A stretch of 53,203 bases of DNA from a virus (IMGVR_UViG_3300040733_000015:1-53203), one strand, 5' to 3'. Shown: positions 18,301-26,861, counted from the stretch's first letter. Notes: generated by a model not told the origin, from the letters alone. Translations and numbers: made by a program.

Positions 18301-20738
18301 TCCTGTTCCTTCGGGGCGGGTTCCTTCTTGGATTCTTCGGCCTTTCCCGCCAGTTCCTGGTAGTCTGCCAGCACTTCGGGGGGGACGGGTTTGCCTTCAG
18401 AGAGGGCTTGCCTAACAGCTTCCTTTCTGTGCTTATCAATAAGCAGGTTATATATTTCTTCGGCAGACATATTGCCGTATTTCCTTTTTCCTTTGGCGTC
18501 CATGCCCCAGAAGAAAGATTCTTTTATCTTGTTTCCGTGGCCTGTGGCAATGTCTTGAAGCTCCTGCATCTTCTTATCCCATGCTTCTCTTGCTTCTTCT
18601 TTTGAGAGGTGCCTTTCGTAAGCCTCTCCAGCACCACGCTGGTTATTTATATATTCATCCATTGATCCCTTAAAGGAACTGTGATCTGGTGGCCCCTGCG
18701 CTTCAAGTTCATCTGCTTTTTGCTTCGCCTTAACATAGTTATCATATGTGGCCTTATGTTTTGGCGAACCGACCTTTTCTCTGTATTCCTCCCTGGTCAT
18801 TTGCCAGGGTTCTTTTTGCTTCCCGACAAATTCCTCGCCTGTTTCAGCCCCTGCTTCTGCCGGGGTGGTTACATTTACACTCGGCGATACCGTTTCGCTC
18901 GGCACAGCCTCGGCAGTAACTTCCTGGCTAACCTGTGGTGGTTCTGTTGATACCGCTTTCTTGCCCAGCCATGTCTCTGCGCCTGATTCGCTCCGAACTT
19001 TGATCCTGGCAGGATCACTGGTATCGTCAAGCACTTCCCATTTGCGCCCTTTGCTGTCATAGACAACAGCCCCGCCAAAAGCCCTTTCTGCCTGCTCCGC
19101 CACATCATTCTTGGCTTCGGCAACAGGCGGCGCAGGGGCTACCTTGGCTTTAGTTTTGCCTGAAAGCTGTAAAATTGTTTCTGCCGCCCGCATAACAGCA
19201 TCATCCACAGGCACTTCTTTAGCCGCACCCATCGGCGCAATAGGTTCCTGCGGCCTCGGCGGTGTCTGTCGTGTGCCAAATGGTTCTTGCTTCGGAGGTT
19301 CCTGCTTCGGAGCCTGGTACTTCGGAGTCTCATACTTCTGCTCGCCGTAGTTTAACCCCTCGTCAAAATTACCCTGCTGTGGCTTACTCTTTCCTTGCGC
19401 CTCCTGGTAAACTTCGTATTTATACCTCTGTTGACCGCCAACATTAACCTTCTCAAAGTAGGTTTCCTGTATCCCATCGGCTCCCATGCGAACCCATATC
19501 CCCATACCCGGACGAAACTCTTTGTACCCTTCCGTGGCAGGATTAAAGTTCGGGTCAGCCGCCTCAAACTTAGGCTCTCTCGGGGCGCCACCGGACGGAG
19601 TTTCCCCTGCTCCCGGTTGTGCCTGTTCTGCCGCCCTGCCGGGGATCTGCTTGGGCGCTTCCTGTCTCATTCTTACGCCTGGACCTGCAACCTGATCGGC
19701 CTGCGGAAGCCTGAAAGCCCCCTTACCGCCCAAAATGGACATAAGGAAGCCCATGAATCCTAGTTTGCCCGCTTCTTCTGCGGCTTGTCCCAAGGTTGGC
19801 TTTTGTTCCTGGAATGGATAAGCACCAACGGTTCCGCCAACGCCGAAACCTAAGCCGGACGCTGTATGCTCCACTGCCGGAGGAAGTGCGCTGACAGTCC
19901 TGCCCAATAGTTTGCTCGCGGCCTGTAACGCGTACTTCTTGGCCAGTCCCGCGCCCACTTCGCCAACACCGAAGGTCGCCGCTGTTTCGGGAAGCGCCCG
20001 AAGCCCCGGCTTATAGCCTTCCGGCTGTAGTGCCTGCTGTAACCCCCAATAGGACGTGCCTAAAGCCGCGCCGCTTGCCAGGGGACTCATTACCTGCGCC
20101 GCTTTGCCCAGCGTGGCTAATCCGCCTGTGGCCAGTGTCCCGGCTGCCTGGATAGGAGCCATGCCTTTAAGAGGGCTAAACACCATGCCGGTCATGCCCA
20201 GGACATCAGAAGCAAACTGTCCCGCGCCTGTCTGTGGTTGAGTGTAGCCCTGCCCAAAAGATGCCCTTGGGGTGAACAGTGCCATATCTGCGGCCTTTTC
20301 CCCACCGGAGAGAAGCACCTTGCCTATCTCACTGGTTGGCGCCGGATTAGCCGCGCTGTATAGTTGTTGGTGGGCAGCGTTAACATCGGGGTTCTGGAGC
20401 AGTTCGCTTCTTGTCCTGGAGAGTTCCACAATCTCCGTACCTGAAAGTTGTCTCCCTGCCGCGCCCGGAGGCATCGCCCTGTTAAAGACAAACTGCGCCG
20501 CCTGTCCCGCATCAACCACATTAAGTGAACCATCGTCGCCAACGCTAACGCCCGGGATCTGGAAGGCTTTGCGTGTCCCTGCTATGTCGGCAGGCCGGAA
20601 AAGTTTATCTGCCGCCCGAAGCACCTTTGTAACCTTGCCCTCGGGTTCGACATAAGTTGAAGCCGGAGGTACGGCCCCCGGCTTTTTATATTGGTCATTA
20701 TCCCACGGAACCCATTTTCCACTTGCATCAAAGGGCAT
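9366..20738 (-). CDS. Large polyvalent DarB-like virion protein: N6-MTase, strawberry-notch SF2 helicase, second MTase
   Basis: VLEPSAGIG..NPPF; GDGTGVGKGRE, FDEAH, SATGA, QGFGRTHRTNQ; DIGGGKFD..YDPFN..NVLNVI; TQFDYS-type C-terminus. Confidence 0.88.
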   Translation of the reverse strand: MPFDASGKWVPWDNDQYKKPGAVPPASTYVEPEGKVTKVLRAADKLFRPADIAGTRKAFQIPGVSVGDDGSLNVVDAGQAAQFVFNRAMPPGAAGRQLSGTEIVELSRTRSELLQNPDVNAAHQQLYSAANPAPTSEIGKVLLSGGEKAADMALFTPRASFGQGYTQPQTGAGQFASDVLGMTGMVFSPLKGMAPIQAAGTLATGGLATLGKAAQVMSPLASGAALGTSYWGLQQALQPEGYKPGLRALPETAATFGVGEVGAGLAKKYALQAASKLLGRTVSALPPAVEHTASGLGFGVGGTVGAYPFQEQKPTLGQAAEEAGKLGFMGFLMSILGGKGAFRLPQADQVAGPGVRMRQEAPKQIPGRAAEQAQPGAGETPSGGAPREPKFEAADPNFNPATEGYKEFRPGMGIWVRMGADGIQETYFEKVNVGGQQRYKYEVYQEAQGKSKPQQGNFDEGLNYGEQKYETPKYQAPKQEPPKQEPFGTRQTPPRPQEPIAPMGAAKEVPVDDAVMRAAETILQLSGKTKAKVAPAPPVAEAKNDVAEQAERAFGGAVVYDSKGRKWEVLDDTSDPARIKVRSESGAETWLGKKAVSTEPPQVSQEVTAEAVPSETVSPSVNVTTPAEAGAETGEEFVGKQKEPWQMTREEYREKVGSPKHKATYDNYVKAKQKADELEAQGPPDHSSFKGSMDEYINNQRGAGEAYERHLSKEEAREAWDKKMQELQDIATGHGNKIKESFFWGMDAKGKRKYGNMSAEEIYNLLIDKHRKEAVRQALSEGKPVPPEVLADYQELAGKAEESKKEPAPKEQEKGATLKDYGLSIAKGTTKTGKTVWEVTGDTKTYKDYLSKLGARWYGPKKSWSFYTEEDPAAKILAKLPPVEKKEAEPEQKPQKQVATEQPKYGRAGNAVYKKWGTNEYVNADLGDTVSPHTQAFKKFFEFYYNAGLNGIGLNYLNKPDTGEYNFPPFLEDVFFKAGQKDAEAKKGKEETKAPEVDKFFRHGEVLVSSQGHRVLFISYMAHDGKKFVGMDTKGVKGHYEIDLYTKTGETSQFTNAPEKWSEANNAKAEPAPEKSQTIPKEPPSQKPETGVESKQETPHGKVANVVFQKLQAGERFTSDDLFKASDEAYGGTQAAGTYTPKDAYDAMELGVNKYLNENPKSIGPSVSADKAKQILDEIQSEILEKIPTQTKRTAEQDEFQQFSTPPNLAYVVAWTANVHPKEVVLEPSAGIGGLAVFPHNAGAKVVVNELSSRRAKILREMGFDQIFTEDAEQIDNILPDSVKPTVVIMNPPFSATAGRMEGVRKTKFAETHIEQALNRLEPGGRLVAIVGRGMSDDAATFKAWWKKIKQECNVRANVGIDGSNYKKYGTSFDVQLLVVDKTGATPEGGTMTGSFTQLEDVLPLLEVVKNDRTVNRPTKQTTPEHNEQGASQESGGKAGPRPPVSVPTAEVGTGEREVGISGRKQQQRERGSADSGGEVTGAKPGESVKLPDEGRPGGRGSVDTATTSGKAEGTSGSGGVSDRQAESGTNRKRGTGTETGIKVESQEAKATGEELSDAVFTAYAPQKLKIPGAKQHPGHLAQSAAMAAVEPPTPTYTPNLPKEVIKEGKLSIAQLESIVYAGQAHQQTLPSGQRRGFFIGDGTGVGKGREISGIVLDNMRQGRKKAVWISKNNPLFVDAKRDFGDIGGNDDLIFELGKIKQGTPVKQGEGILFTTYNTLSQNLEVSRDGELSIKKDRKARIDQVVDWLGKDFDGVIAFDEAHHMQNSLAMKGKRGMTKPSAMALAGIELQNRLPDARIVYVSATGATEVANLAYGDRLGLWGEGTPFADKRDFVGKIQTGGLAAMELVARDMKAMGAYIARNLSFEGVTYGTIQHDLTPEQLEVYDTMAEGWQVVLQNLNEALEETRQKQNGNAKSNAMSRFWGAQQRFFNQVLTSSQMPSVVEQVKKDIEDGKAVVMQLVSTNEAAQNRQIAKMEEGDSLEDLALTPRDMLMQYIEKSFPTQQYEEYTDDNGNVRTRPVVDSRGNPVQNRKAVHMKEQLLDKLGSMRVPEGPLEIILNTFGAGNVAEITGRSRRIVKVPDESGRMKAVRETRTPKHAEADARAFMDDKKNILVFSDAGGTGRSYHASLTAKNQRHRIHYLIQPGWRADNAVQGFGRTHRTNQANAPHYVLVTTDLKGQKRFISSIARRLDQLGALTKGQRQTGSQGLFSAKDNLESSYAKDALQRFYEDLVKGQVPTFEPRELLQKMGLDKMLDEQANLKEAPELRDIAKFLNRLLALESDLQNKVFDAFSDRLDVIVERAAANGTLDVGLENFKADKVSVVDEKTVYTDDNSGAETKYVELDAAHRNTPVAFGEAAKLSRFVGFYKNTRSNRIYAARQRGTRTLQNGSVVYVYELHGQSKDNVNPIDKPRLDEGNWEKVEGKEAASLWKEALDKLPEYRHQKVHLITGAVLPIWDRLGSDQVRVIRVKTEDGKVLLGRIIPERIIDSVLKNLNAQRTKEEMPPGEIVDRVLEDGYTVHLANGWKIVRKRVSGEYRIEIIGKDLYQHTPQLEKEGVFRERIQFETRYFIPSGDDAVDVFSRVTKYRPVAEVVSPATGRSSAVSGDYREHHNQSWFGEQEAKARDRITSRKGRLFSGPPLDDLIDYAIIGAVKIAKGTTEFAKWSAEMAKEFGSDIEQYLKKIWESSKKIAERIKRPFSTPQQEITSADTSINSSKVPATFNKVEFRPGTLNADIGGGKFDNATEFLAQKGVSNIIYDPFNRTEEWNEKAILRMINGQCDTATVNNVLNVIKEPENRADVIANAAEAIKPDGVSYFLTYEGDASGVGKETSRGWQENRKTKDYVEEVNKFFDEVTIKNNVIEARKPVKILSRLNEETDAARERIASRKGRLMSGIPADDIADYAIIGASKLAKGFEKFSEWSKEMLKDLGDAVKKYMGKIFHEAKQFYARYLEGEEGFARIDVFDRAAEILKDKLGIKEKDIQYKAKPVDRWPGLWSYLQSPGRLAVKHRVIAPYVDMAKKCMDMQESLRDIFNRRMEETYTALAGGKTRLQDPFRSKRESFKKNKEAWMEILLTGDLEGRKYSPAELRQLFGANEAVVRAYRLTRSAMDHAYNIANKQRMNRGKAEINYRKGYIPHFFHDYFVVVNGEIAFSARTLAEAIRLANPIARVQGNKVKILPKQFEFEGGDVQAAVIGDMNYFKMKSKIAKDFGVSLEDAQGLMDGIAKMKNRSRFVGNFMERKGAKGYEQDLDWVLRHYFNMVGRYAALDAFKSKAITRFERQFGRFDSEQKYSGAAKYIKEYIEDINGNPSHVEDILNRAIENTPAISKFFGGFTGARPSLKLANMATNAVAIAKLGLFNASAALVNLTQLSATNAVIGEKWTAIGLGKAAAVSATLGRRTLGMSAPASRDIGILKKMGVDVQLGFETGSGYSKAGQLGLLFKGSTYLFQRIETLNRRTSGLGAYYKAISEGKTPEEAIKYAKKVVDTTQFDYSVADAPNLFRRAGPPGQILLQFKKYPIKMLELAGPFGGQLDAIGKVRFWTTMAILSGVYAIPGIETIKNFVNWLTGDDLELATKKYLMEWASSDKDKQAVAKTILYGAFSNAGIDISKRVGLGDFFPSQASDLTGPTISTVLRAMQMAARGNFTETVRAISPAVGNMLIAASGDEITSPTQRDRLKAKLDPTSRFVKALGFTTMAETLQTDVSRIITNSESKQKDKEAAAIDEFIKAAQSNDAKRYNNAVDKLSEYGISSKRVTTEMQKKGMLPAERAEELVPKKRQSEYEGLAEFD

Positions 20739-20754
20739 TGTGTTACCCCCTTCA

Positions 20755-21132
20755 TCACGCTAATTCGACGTGCCAACTCTCGTAATCCATCGGCTTTCTA
20801 AGGCCGTACTTGGCAAGAAAATCATTGGTTAAGCCTTGGAACCAATCACTATCCACATCAGCCGCATTGCCGCTCTGGTGGCGGCTTTTTCCAGGTGCCG
20901 CTACCATAATACCCCTATCTTCCTCCGGCGTCCTGTCCCATATTTCCTGTTGCTCCGCAACGGTCCTGCCGCCGGAGGAAATGTTAATCGGCTGTCCCAT
21001 ATCCATAGCCAGCCTTATGAGCCTTTGGGCAAGAGTTGACACTATGTCGGTGTCTCCGGTTAAGTTTTCAGCCCCTTCACCGCTATAAGGGGCATCTAAG
21101 GGTTTGCTCCTGCGCCCTGCCCGAAAAACCAA
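20755..21132 (-). CDS. Peptidase M15 / D-Ala-D-Ala carboxypeptidase domain (possibly made by frameshift)
   Basis: SGGRT..EQ, APGKSRHQSGNAADVD, ESWHVE zinc motifs. Confidence 0.85.
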   Translation of the reverse strand: MVFRAGRRSKPLDAPYSGEGAENLTGDTDIVSTLAQRLIRLAMDMGQPINISSGGRTVAEQQEIWDRTPEEDRGIMVAAPGKSRHQSGNAADVDSDWFQGLTNDFLAKYGLRKPMDYESWHVELA

Positions 21133-23096
21133 TCATATATTTTCTTACCTGTTCCGGGTTCGTTGCTCGTTGGCGCTCCGGGTGTGGTCTTGGGTATATA
21201 GTTGGGCCAACGCTGCTGGAACGCCTTCATAGCCTCGGCTATATTAGCCCCGCTGTTGGCTATACCAGCCTGGTTTTCAGCCAGGTATTTAAATACATCA
21301 TCCGGACTTCCAAGGCTCATAATGTCAGCCATAAGCTGTCTTGTGGCTGTCTCGCCCTGCTGGTCAGTGATCCCCTTCTGTGTCAGGTATCCTTTATAGT
21401 CGGCGTCAGTCTGTGCCGCAAGCTGTTTCAACGGCAAAAGTGCGTCAAACTGCCTCGCGTTCTCCTGTAAATTCGCCGCCTCTCCCGCCTTCATGTAGTT
21501 GTACGGCAAAAGCTCAGAGGCCGAAGGATTCTCATACTTCCACTGTTCCCATTCCTGCTTTGCCTTCGCCGTCTCAGCATCGGATTTGGCGCTGGAGATA
21601 TTGGTCAGCAGGGTAAGCATCGTTGAAAGGTTGGAAATCTGGCTTTGCTTCTCCTGGTTGGCAAGGGCTCTGTCATTATAAACCTGCTGTTTCTCTTGAG
21701 ACAGCAGACTCATAGCCGCCTGAGATATGGCAGTTTCCTTGTCCGCTTTAAGTTCCCCAAGTGCCTCCGTTAGAATCTTGGTGCCTGGAGCCTGCCCGTA
21801 GAATCCCCTGCGCGTCAGGTCGCTCTCCCTGGCCTTCATAGCGCCTTCTATGTTCTCATCCCACTGGTTGCCAAGAATCTTGCTGGCTATTTTATACTGA
21901 TCCCTATAGTTCGGTTCTTCAACGGCCTGTGTCTGCTGCGGGTTCTGCAGGGACGAAAGCATGTTCCTGACTATCGTTTCCGGGTCGTTGGCCTGTGCTG
22001 TCTTATACTTATTGTAGTTGGCTATCGACTGAGTAAGCGGAACATCTGCCCCGAACATACCCGCCACGTCATCCGGCAGGGTATCCCGTAGCTGTTGGGC
22101 ATATGTCGCCTGCCTGGAGTAATCCTGCCCCCCGGAAATCAGGTCAGAAGCCGCCTTCTTCGTCCTCAGAAGTTCCTGGATTGTACTGTCTGAATCCCTG
22201 GTCGCGTTGGCGAACCCACTAAGCCAGTCATCGTTAGATGCCGGCTGACTGGAAGCGGGAGAATATACCTGTGTCTGTGCCGGTGCCTGCGTTGGCGGCT
22301 GTGCCGCGTCAGGCGTGGAAGGCATGAATGTACCGTCCGGCTTATATACCCCTGACATGGGATCGCCTATCCTCTGTTCGGCAGGCGTTACTTCATCTTC
22401 GCCATTCGCAATCCTCATCATCCTTCTCTGTCTTGACTCATATGATCCGGGGTTGAAAAAGGCCGGCGCCACCGGCTGTTCTTCGCCTCGCCTATAACGT
22501 GACGTGGTGCTGTATGCGCTGTTTTGCCTGCTGTAAACATCACCGACAGCTTTATCGTCCGACCATTCGCCGCTTTGCCTCCACTGGGTATTAGGAATAA
22601 ATGTTACATGCTCGCCGTCGGCGTAAGGGTCAGTACGGGTTATCCCTCCAACGCTTTCCACAAAACGCGCCGGGCCGGTTATATTTTGGCTGGAACTTTT
22701 GTCGCCGGACACAAGACCGGCTGGTATATTGTTGGGGTCAAGCAGGCTTTGGCGGTATTTGGTATCCTCGTCCGGGTTGTTCGGGTTCAGTCCCAATATC
22801 TGCGCCGCCGCCGCAAGGACATACTCAGGCGCGGTATCTTTCTTGTCGTCTTTTTTCTTGTCCCTGCCGCTGTTTGATGTGCCGCTGGTAGACGATCCGC
22901 TATAGCCCCCGGTGGTCGTAGTGGGAGAAGAAGGTAAATTCGTACTGCCCCCGGTGGTTGTCGGAACAGCCCCACCGGCAGGCGTAGCAGGGGCAACAGG
23001 AGCAGCAGGAGCGCCTGGTTTTTCGGTAAAGTTTCCCCATCTGTCCCACGAACCCTGTCTGCCATTTAAACTGGTTGGCGTAATAATATCAGCCAA
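21096..23096 (-). CDS. Putative internal virion/ejection protein
   Basis: Low-complexity N-terminus, Q/A-rich helices, LTRRGFYG; position between tail genes and the giant protein. Confidence 0.6.
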   Translation of the reverse strand: MADIITPTSLNGRQGSWDRWGNFTEKPGAPAAPVAPATPAGGAVPTTTGGSTNLPSSPTTTTGGYSGSSTSGTSNSGRDKKKDDKKDTAPEYVLAAAAQILGLNPNNPDEDTKYRQSLLDPNNIPAGLVSGDKSSSQNITGPARFVESVGGITRTDPYADGEHVTFIPNTQWRQSGEWSDDKAVGDVYSRQNSAYSTTSRYRRGEEQPVAPAFFNPGSYESRQRRMMRIANGEDEVTPAEQRIGDPMSGVYKPDGTFMPSTPDAAQPPTQAPAQTQVYSPASSQPASNDDWLSGFANATRDSDSTIQELLRTKKAASDLISGGQDYSRQATYAQQLRDTLPDDVAGMFGADVPLTQSIANYNKYKTAQANDPETIVRNMLSSLQNPQQTQAVEEPNYRDQYKIASKILGNQWDENIEGAMKARESDLTRRGFYGQAPGTKILTEALGELKADKETAISQAAMSLLSQEKQQVYNDRALANQEKQSQISNLSTMLTLLTNISSAKSDAETAKAKQEWEQWKYENPSASELLPYNYMKAGEAANLQENARQFDALLPLKQLAAQTDADYKGYLTQKGITDQQGETATRQLMADIMSLGSPDDVFKYLAENQAGIANSGANIAEAMKAFQQRWPNYIPKTTPGAPTSNEPGTGKKIYDWFFGQGAGANP

Positions 23097-23114
23097 ATTA
23101 ACTCACTCCTTCCC

Positions 23115-25766
23115 TTAAACATAAATCCCAAAGGGATCTACCACAGTTGTAACACTCGTACTTCCGGCAGAGGTTTTAGACGATGCCACAAGGCCGTTGG
23201 GCATGTAGCCGTCAAGCCACAATGCGGCTATCTGCTCATTCGTCAGCCATACCGTGCCGTCAGCCACAGCCGCCACTTCAACGTATTTGACAGTAGCCGT
23301 TCCAAGGTAGGTGCAGGTAAGCTTTACCGTAACGGTCTCGCCGCCAGCAAACCCAGCACCGAACACTATTTTGCACATCAAGGGAACAAGTCCCCTAAAG
23401 CCTGTCCCGGCGTATGCCGTAGCCCCAGTGCCGTAGACGTTGCTAACGCCAGGAGTTGGAGACAAGGTTTTTGTTGCCGCCTTAGAGCTAAAGCCGCACG
23501 GTTGCCACACGGGAGCCCTAAAAGTAATCGCCGCCCCCGCAGGTGAAATGTTCAGCGCGGGAACGAGACTCCAAACGTCATCGTCAATATCGGTTACGGT
23601 GTAGTCCGTTACAGAACCGGAGATGTTTACAATCGCGCCGGGGTATATCTGCCCTGCCGCAATGGTCGCGGTTATCGTAGACTCCCCGCTTGTGCCTACC
23701 GCTGTAGCCGTCAGAGTGCCGTATGAGCCGGAGGTTATGACTTCCCACTCTACATGATGGTCGAGGGCATAAATCTTCTCGCCCCGCTTAAACGTGCCGT
23801 AGAAGTCAGCCGTTGACTCAGGGTTGATGCCGTATGTGAACATATTCTGCACGTTCAGCTTCCTGCGGCAGTAAACCTGGAGCCAGTCAACATCACAGAA
23901 TCCGGTTTTGTTATCCTCATTGGTAATCCTGATTCCGTTCAATTTATCCGTCAGGGTCAACTTGGCTACCTTGCGCTTCAGGGCTACACCGCTTCCCGTG
24001 GTCAGCGCCTGCACAGTGTAGTAGGACCATGTAGGCTCAATGTAAGACGCGGGATGAAGGAATTTGATCTTCATATTGTCCGTGCAAACAGCCTCGACAA
24101 TGATCGTGTCCCCCGGTTGCAGTTCGTCCAGGTTTGTTATGTTGGGGGTAACGTATATTTCTCCGTTTCCTGCATTTGCCCAGTATAGTGAATTGTACCC
24201 TGTAAAGAAGTTAACTCCATCTACGGCAGGCTCCGTTGTCCCGGTAGCCGTCACAGCGCACCCGTTTCTCGCCATGTCAGGGTAGGGTATCTGCTGCATA
24301 CCGTAGTTAAACAGGGGGTGGAATGTCGTGCGCTCGTCCAGTATCGCTATGTCGGCGTTATATCTAGACCTGTCGCCCTCTATGTTCAGCTTGAAATAAG
24401 ACGGAACGGTGGACTCCAGTTTCAGCCATGCCTTGTTCGCTTCGGTGGTGAAATCGTAGTTGTCAATGTTGCTGTCGCTGACGTTGAGAATCCGGCAGTT
24501 TTTGGCGATAACTTTGGGGTTGTTGTTGGAACTGAGATAATCGCCTCTCAGATTAACAATGTCCGCGCTTTCAATAATCATCTGCGGCGCACTATACATG
24601 TTTTCAATAAGGACGCCCTCAACATCAATGAGTTTGTTTGACCTATCCGTCCACAGCGCCCCAGAAGCCGCCACAAGCCTAATACCGGCCTTGGTGGTGT
24701 CGGTGGTGTTGTGGGCTATGGCAGATTTCCCTTCAAGTTTGATATGGCGGATATTCTTGATGTAAATTCCGTCTTCGTCATAGCTCGACAGGGTAAAGTC
24801 ACGCACAATAACAGCCGCAAAGTCTTTGTTTCCGTCCCCGGTCACATTGCCGGTACACTCAAACCAAAGCGGCCACCTGCACCCGTGAGCCTCGATGTTT
24901 GAGAACTCTACCTCTGAGCCGTCAACCATCTTAACCCCGCACAGCCCGCCGTCAGTGATGATGTCCCTAACCACGCCCTGGCCGACAATGTTGCAATAAA
25001 CTCCGATAGCGTCAGCGTTTGTCACCGCCGCACTTGTTACCGTTGCAACAGCGTTGTCGGTCAAGGTAACAACAAGGCCGCTTACGTTGGTTATCACTGA
25101 GACAAGGTTTCTTCCGGCAGTACCGGCACCGGCCACCCGGACCACCCTGCCAACTGCCATAGTACCTACAGCGGCTACCGTCAGCAGGTTTGAGCCAGCC
25201 GTAATACTGCCGGTGGTTGACGGTGTAGTGATGTAAAGCCCGCAAATTTTGGGGTGAAGAAGCCTTGTCAGGTAATCCGTGCCCGTACCCTGAATAGTGA
25301 AGGCCGGGCCGCCGGAGTCGTTAATTATGTGGCTGTCTATTGAGCCGAGTCCATGTATTTCAAGGTTGCGCGGGTGAATAATTGCAGTTGTTATTCTAAA
25401 GCCAACGCTCGGCTTGGGGATAAAAAGAGAATAGCCGTGCGCCGCCGCATAGGTCGCCGCCGCCTGAATCGCCGCCGCATCGTCAGCAACACCATCGCCA
25501 ACAGCTCCAAAAGCCGTCCATGTCGGGTTAACCCCTCGCAAGGACAGTTCTGCCGCCGCCGCAACGTCAGCAAGTCCGGCCTGAATCATCGAAGGAGTGA
25601 TCCAGTTATTAAAGCCTGTAGCGTCAAGGTTAACGCTCGTTATGTTGCCGTCGAACATATCAAAAATGGAGTCCAGGTCAGCGATTAACGCCGACGGACC
25701 CCTTGTTGATACGGTCTTATATCCGGTTGAGCCTATAAAAGTCCTGACAGGTATAGTGCCGCTCAT
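23115..25766 (-). CDS. Tailspike/receptor-binding protein with pectate-lyase-like beta-helix
   Basis: FGAVGDGVADDAAAIQAA motif followed by a long beta-rich region. Confidence 0.8.
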   Translation of the reverse strand: MSGTIPVRTFIGSTGYKTVSTRGPSALIADLDSIFDMFDGNITSVNLDATGFNNWITPSMIQAGLADVAAAAELSLRGVNPTWTAFGAVGDGVADDAAAIQAAATYAAAHGYSLFIPKPSVGFRITTAIIHPRNLEIHGLGSIDSHIINDSGGPAFTIQGTGTDYLTRLLHPKICGLYITTPSTTGSITAGSNLLTVAAVGTMAVGRVVRVAGAGTAGRNLVSVITNVSGLVVTLTDNAVATVTSAAVTNADAIGVYCNIVGQGVVRDIITDGGLCGVKMVDGSEVEFSNIEAHGCRWPLWFECTGNVTGDGNKDFAAVIVRDFTLSSYDEDGIYIKNIRHIKLEGKSAIAHNTTDTTKAGIRLVAASGALWTDRSNKLIDVEGVLIENMYSAPQMIIESADIVNLRGDYLSSNNNPKVIAKNCRILNVSDSNIDNYDFTTEANKAWLKLESTVPSYFKLNIEGDRSRYNADIAILDERTTFHPLFNYGMQQIPYPDMARNGCAVTATGTTEPAVDGVNFFTGYNSLYWANAGNGEIYVTPNITNLDELQPGDTIIVEAVCTDNMKIKFLHPASYIEPTWSYYTVQALTTGSGVALKRKVAKLTLTDKLNGIRITNEDNKTGFCDVDWLQVYCRRKLNVQNMFTYGINPESTADFYGTFKRGEKIYALDHHVEWEVITSGSYGTLTATAVGTSGESTITATIAAGQIYPGAIVNISGSVTDYTVTDIDDDVWSLVPALNISPAGAAITFRAPVWQPCGFSSKAATKTLSPTPGVSNVYGTGATAYAGTGFRGLVPLMCKIVFGAGFAGGETVTVKLTCTYLGTATVKYVEVAAVADGTVWLTNEQIAALWLDGYMPNGLVASSKTSAGSTSVTTVVDPFGIYV

Positions 25767-25769
25767 TGG

Positions 25770-26861
25770 CTACACCCCCACATCCGCATATGCTCCATAG
25801 GTGATGCTGTCAGCGTCCGCGTGGGTAGAAATAAGCCGCCACGTTCTGGGCAGAGGCTTATTAGTTGATACGTTGGCAGTCTCGGCAAGTCCGGGGCCGA
25901 CATACATCGTGGTAGTGCCAGCTCCAGTTACCGCCGCGCTTGCAAGAAGCGTGTACCAACCCCCGCCCGCATGTTTGCCCTGGATGGTGAACACTACCGA
26001 AGGTGTGTCAACAGGAGAAGAGGCGACGATATTTACCGTCAGATATCTTCCGTTGCGGTTAACCTGCTCCCCGCTTTGGTAGTCCGCTGTCCGCGCCGCC
26101 ACAGACATTATAGTGTCGTAGTGGTTGGAGTGCTGCCTTTCCCATGTGCTGGCTACCTTGCCCCATAAAAGTTGCGCCGCGCCAACAGTCGGCGTTGTCG
26201 GGTTTGCCGCCCCGTCAGCCAATGCCGCCGCCGCAGGAAGTTCGGAATCAACCACCACAGGGTTAGATGCTGTCCCAAACTCCACGCCGCCTGAACTCGC
26301 TTTCCTCCATGTGACAGGCAGGGCGTTAAGGATATTCGTTGTGCCGTCAGTATCTACGTCTATCGGCGTATATTGGTCGAGTGTCGCCACGCCAACCTTG
26401 CCTATAAGGTTTGAGCCCGCCGGAAGTGCCAGGTCAAGCAGAGCAATAATCCTGCCCTTCAAGTCATGCAGAGTGTTAACCCGGTCGCCTGCGTCAACAT
26501 CTGCCGGGAGTGAGGCAGGGTCTACCGCCTTGCCGCCTATTTTTACAGGGTAGCCAGTATCTGGGGATCCGTGGTCTGCTGTCCCCGAAGTGTTATCCCC
26601 TGAAACATGAAGCCTGCCATGGGGGGAAAACCAAGCGTTAACCCTGTCTAATTCACCCACTGCAACAGGCTCGGTAGTTGAGGCTATCCCTCCTATCTTC
26701 ATCGGCCTGCTGGACCCGTCAGCTACATCGTGGGCTATGTCGCCCTGCATCCAAAGCGCCCCACCGGAGCCTTTCAGGTATCCAAACCCATCCTCTGTAC
26801 TGGCTACATACTGCGGTACTGGAAGGCCCGCATCATCTGGGAGTAAGTTTCCAAGGGCCAT
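25770..26861 (-). CDS. Virion structural protein
   Basis: Internal P(M/V)KIGG..DRVN repeat; C-terminal domain paralogous to 30704..31408. Confidence 0.6.
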   Translation of the reverse strand: MALGNLLPDDAGLPVPQYVASTEDGFGYLKGSGGALWMQGDIAHDVADGSSRPMKIGGIASTTEPVAVGELDRVNAWFSPHGRLHVSGDNTSGTADHGSPDTGYPVKIGGKAVDPASLPADVDAGDRVNTLHDLKGRIIALLDLALPAGSNLIGKVGVATLDQYTPIDVDTDGTTNILNALPVTWRKASSGGVEFGTASNPVVVDSELPAAAALADGAANPTTPTVGAAQLLWGKVASTWERQHSNHYDTIMSVAARTADYQSGEQVNRNGRYLTVNIVASSPVDTPSVVFTIQGKHAGGGWYTLLASAAVTGAGTTTMYVGPGLAETANVSTNKPLPRTWRLISTHADADSITYGAYADVGV

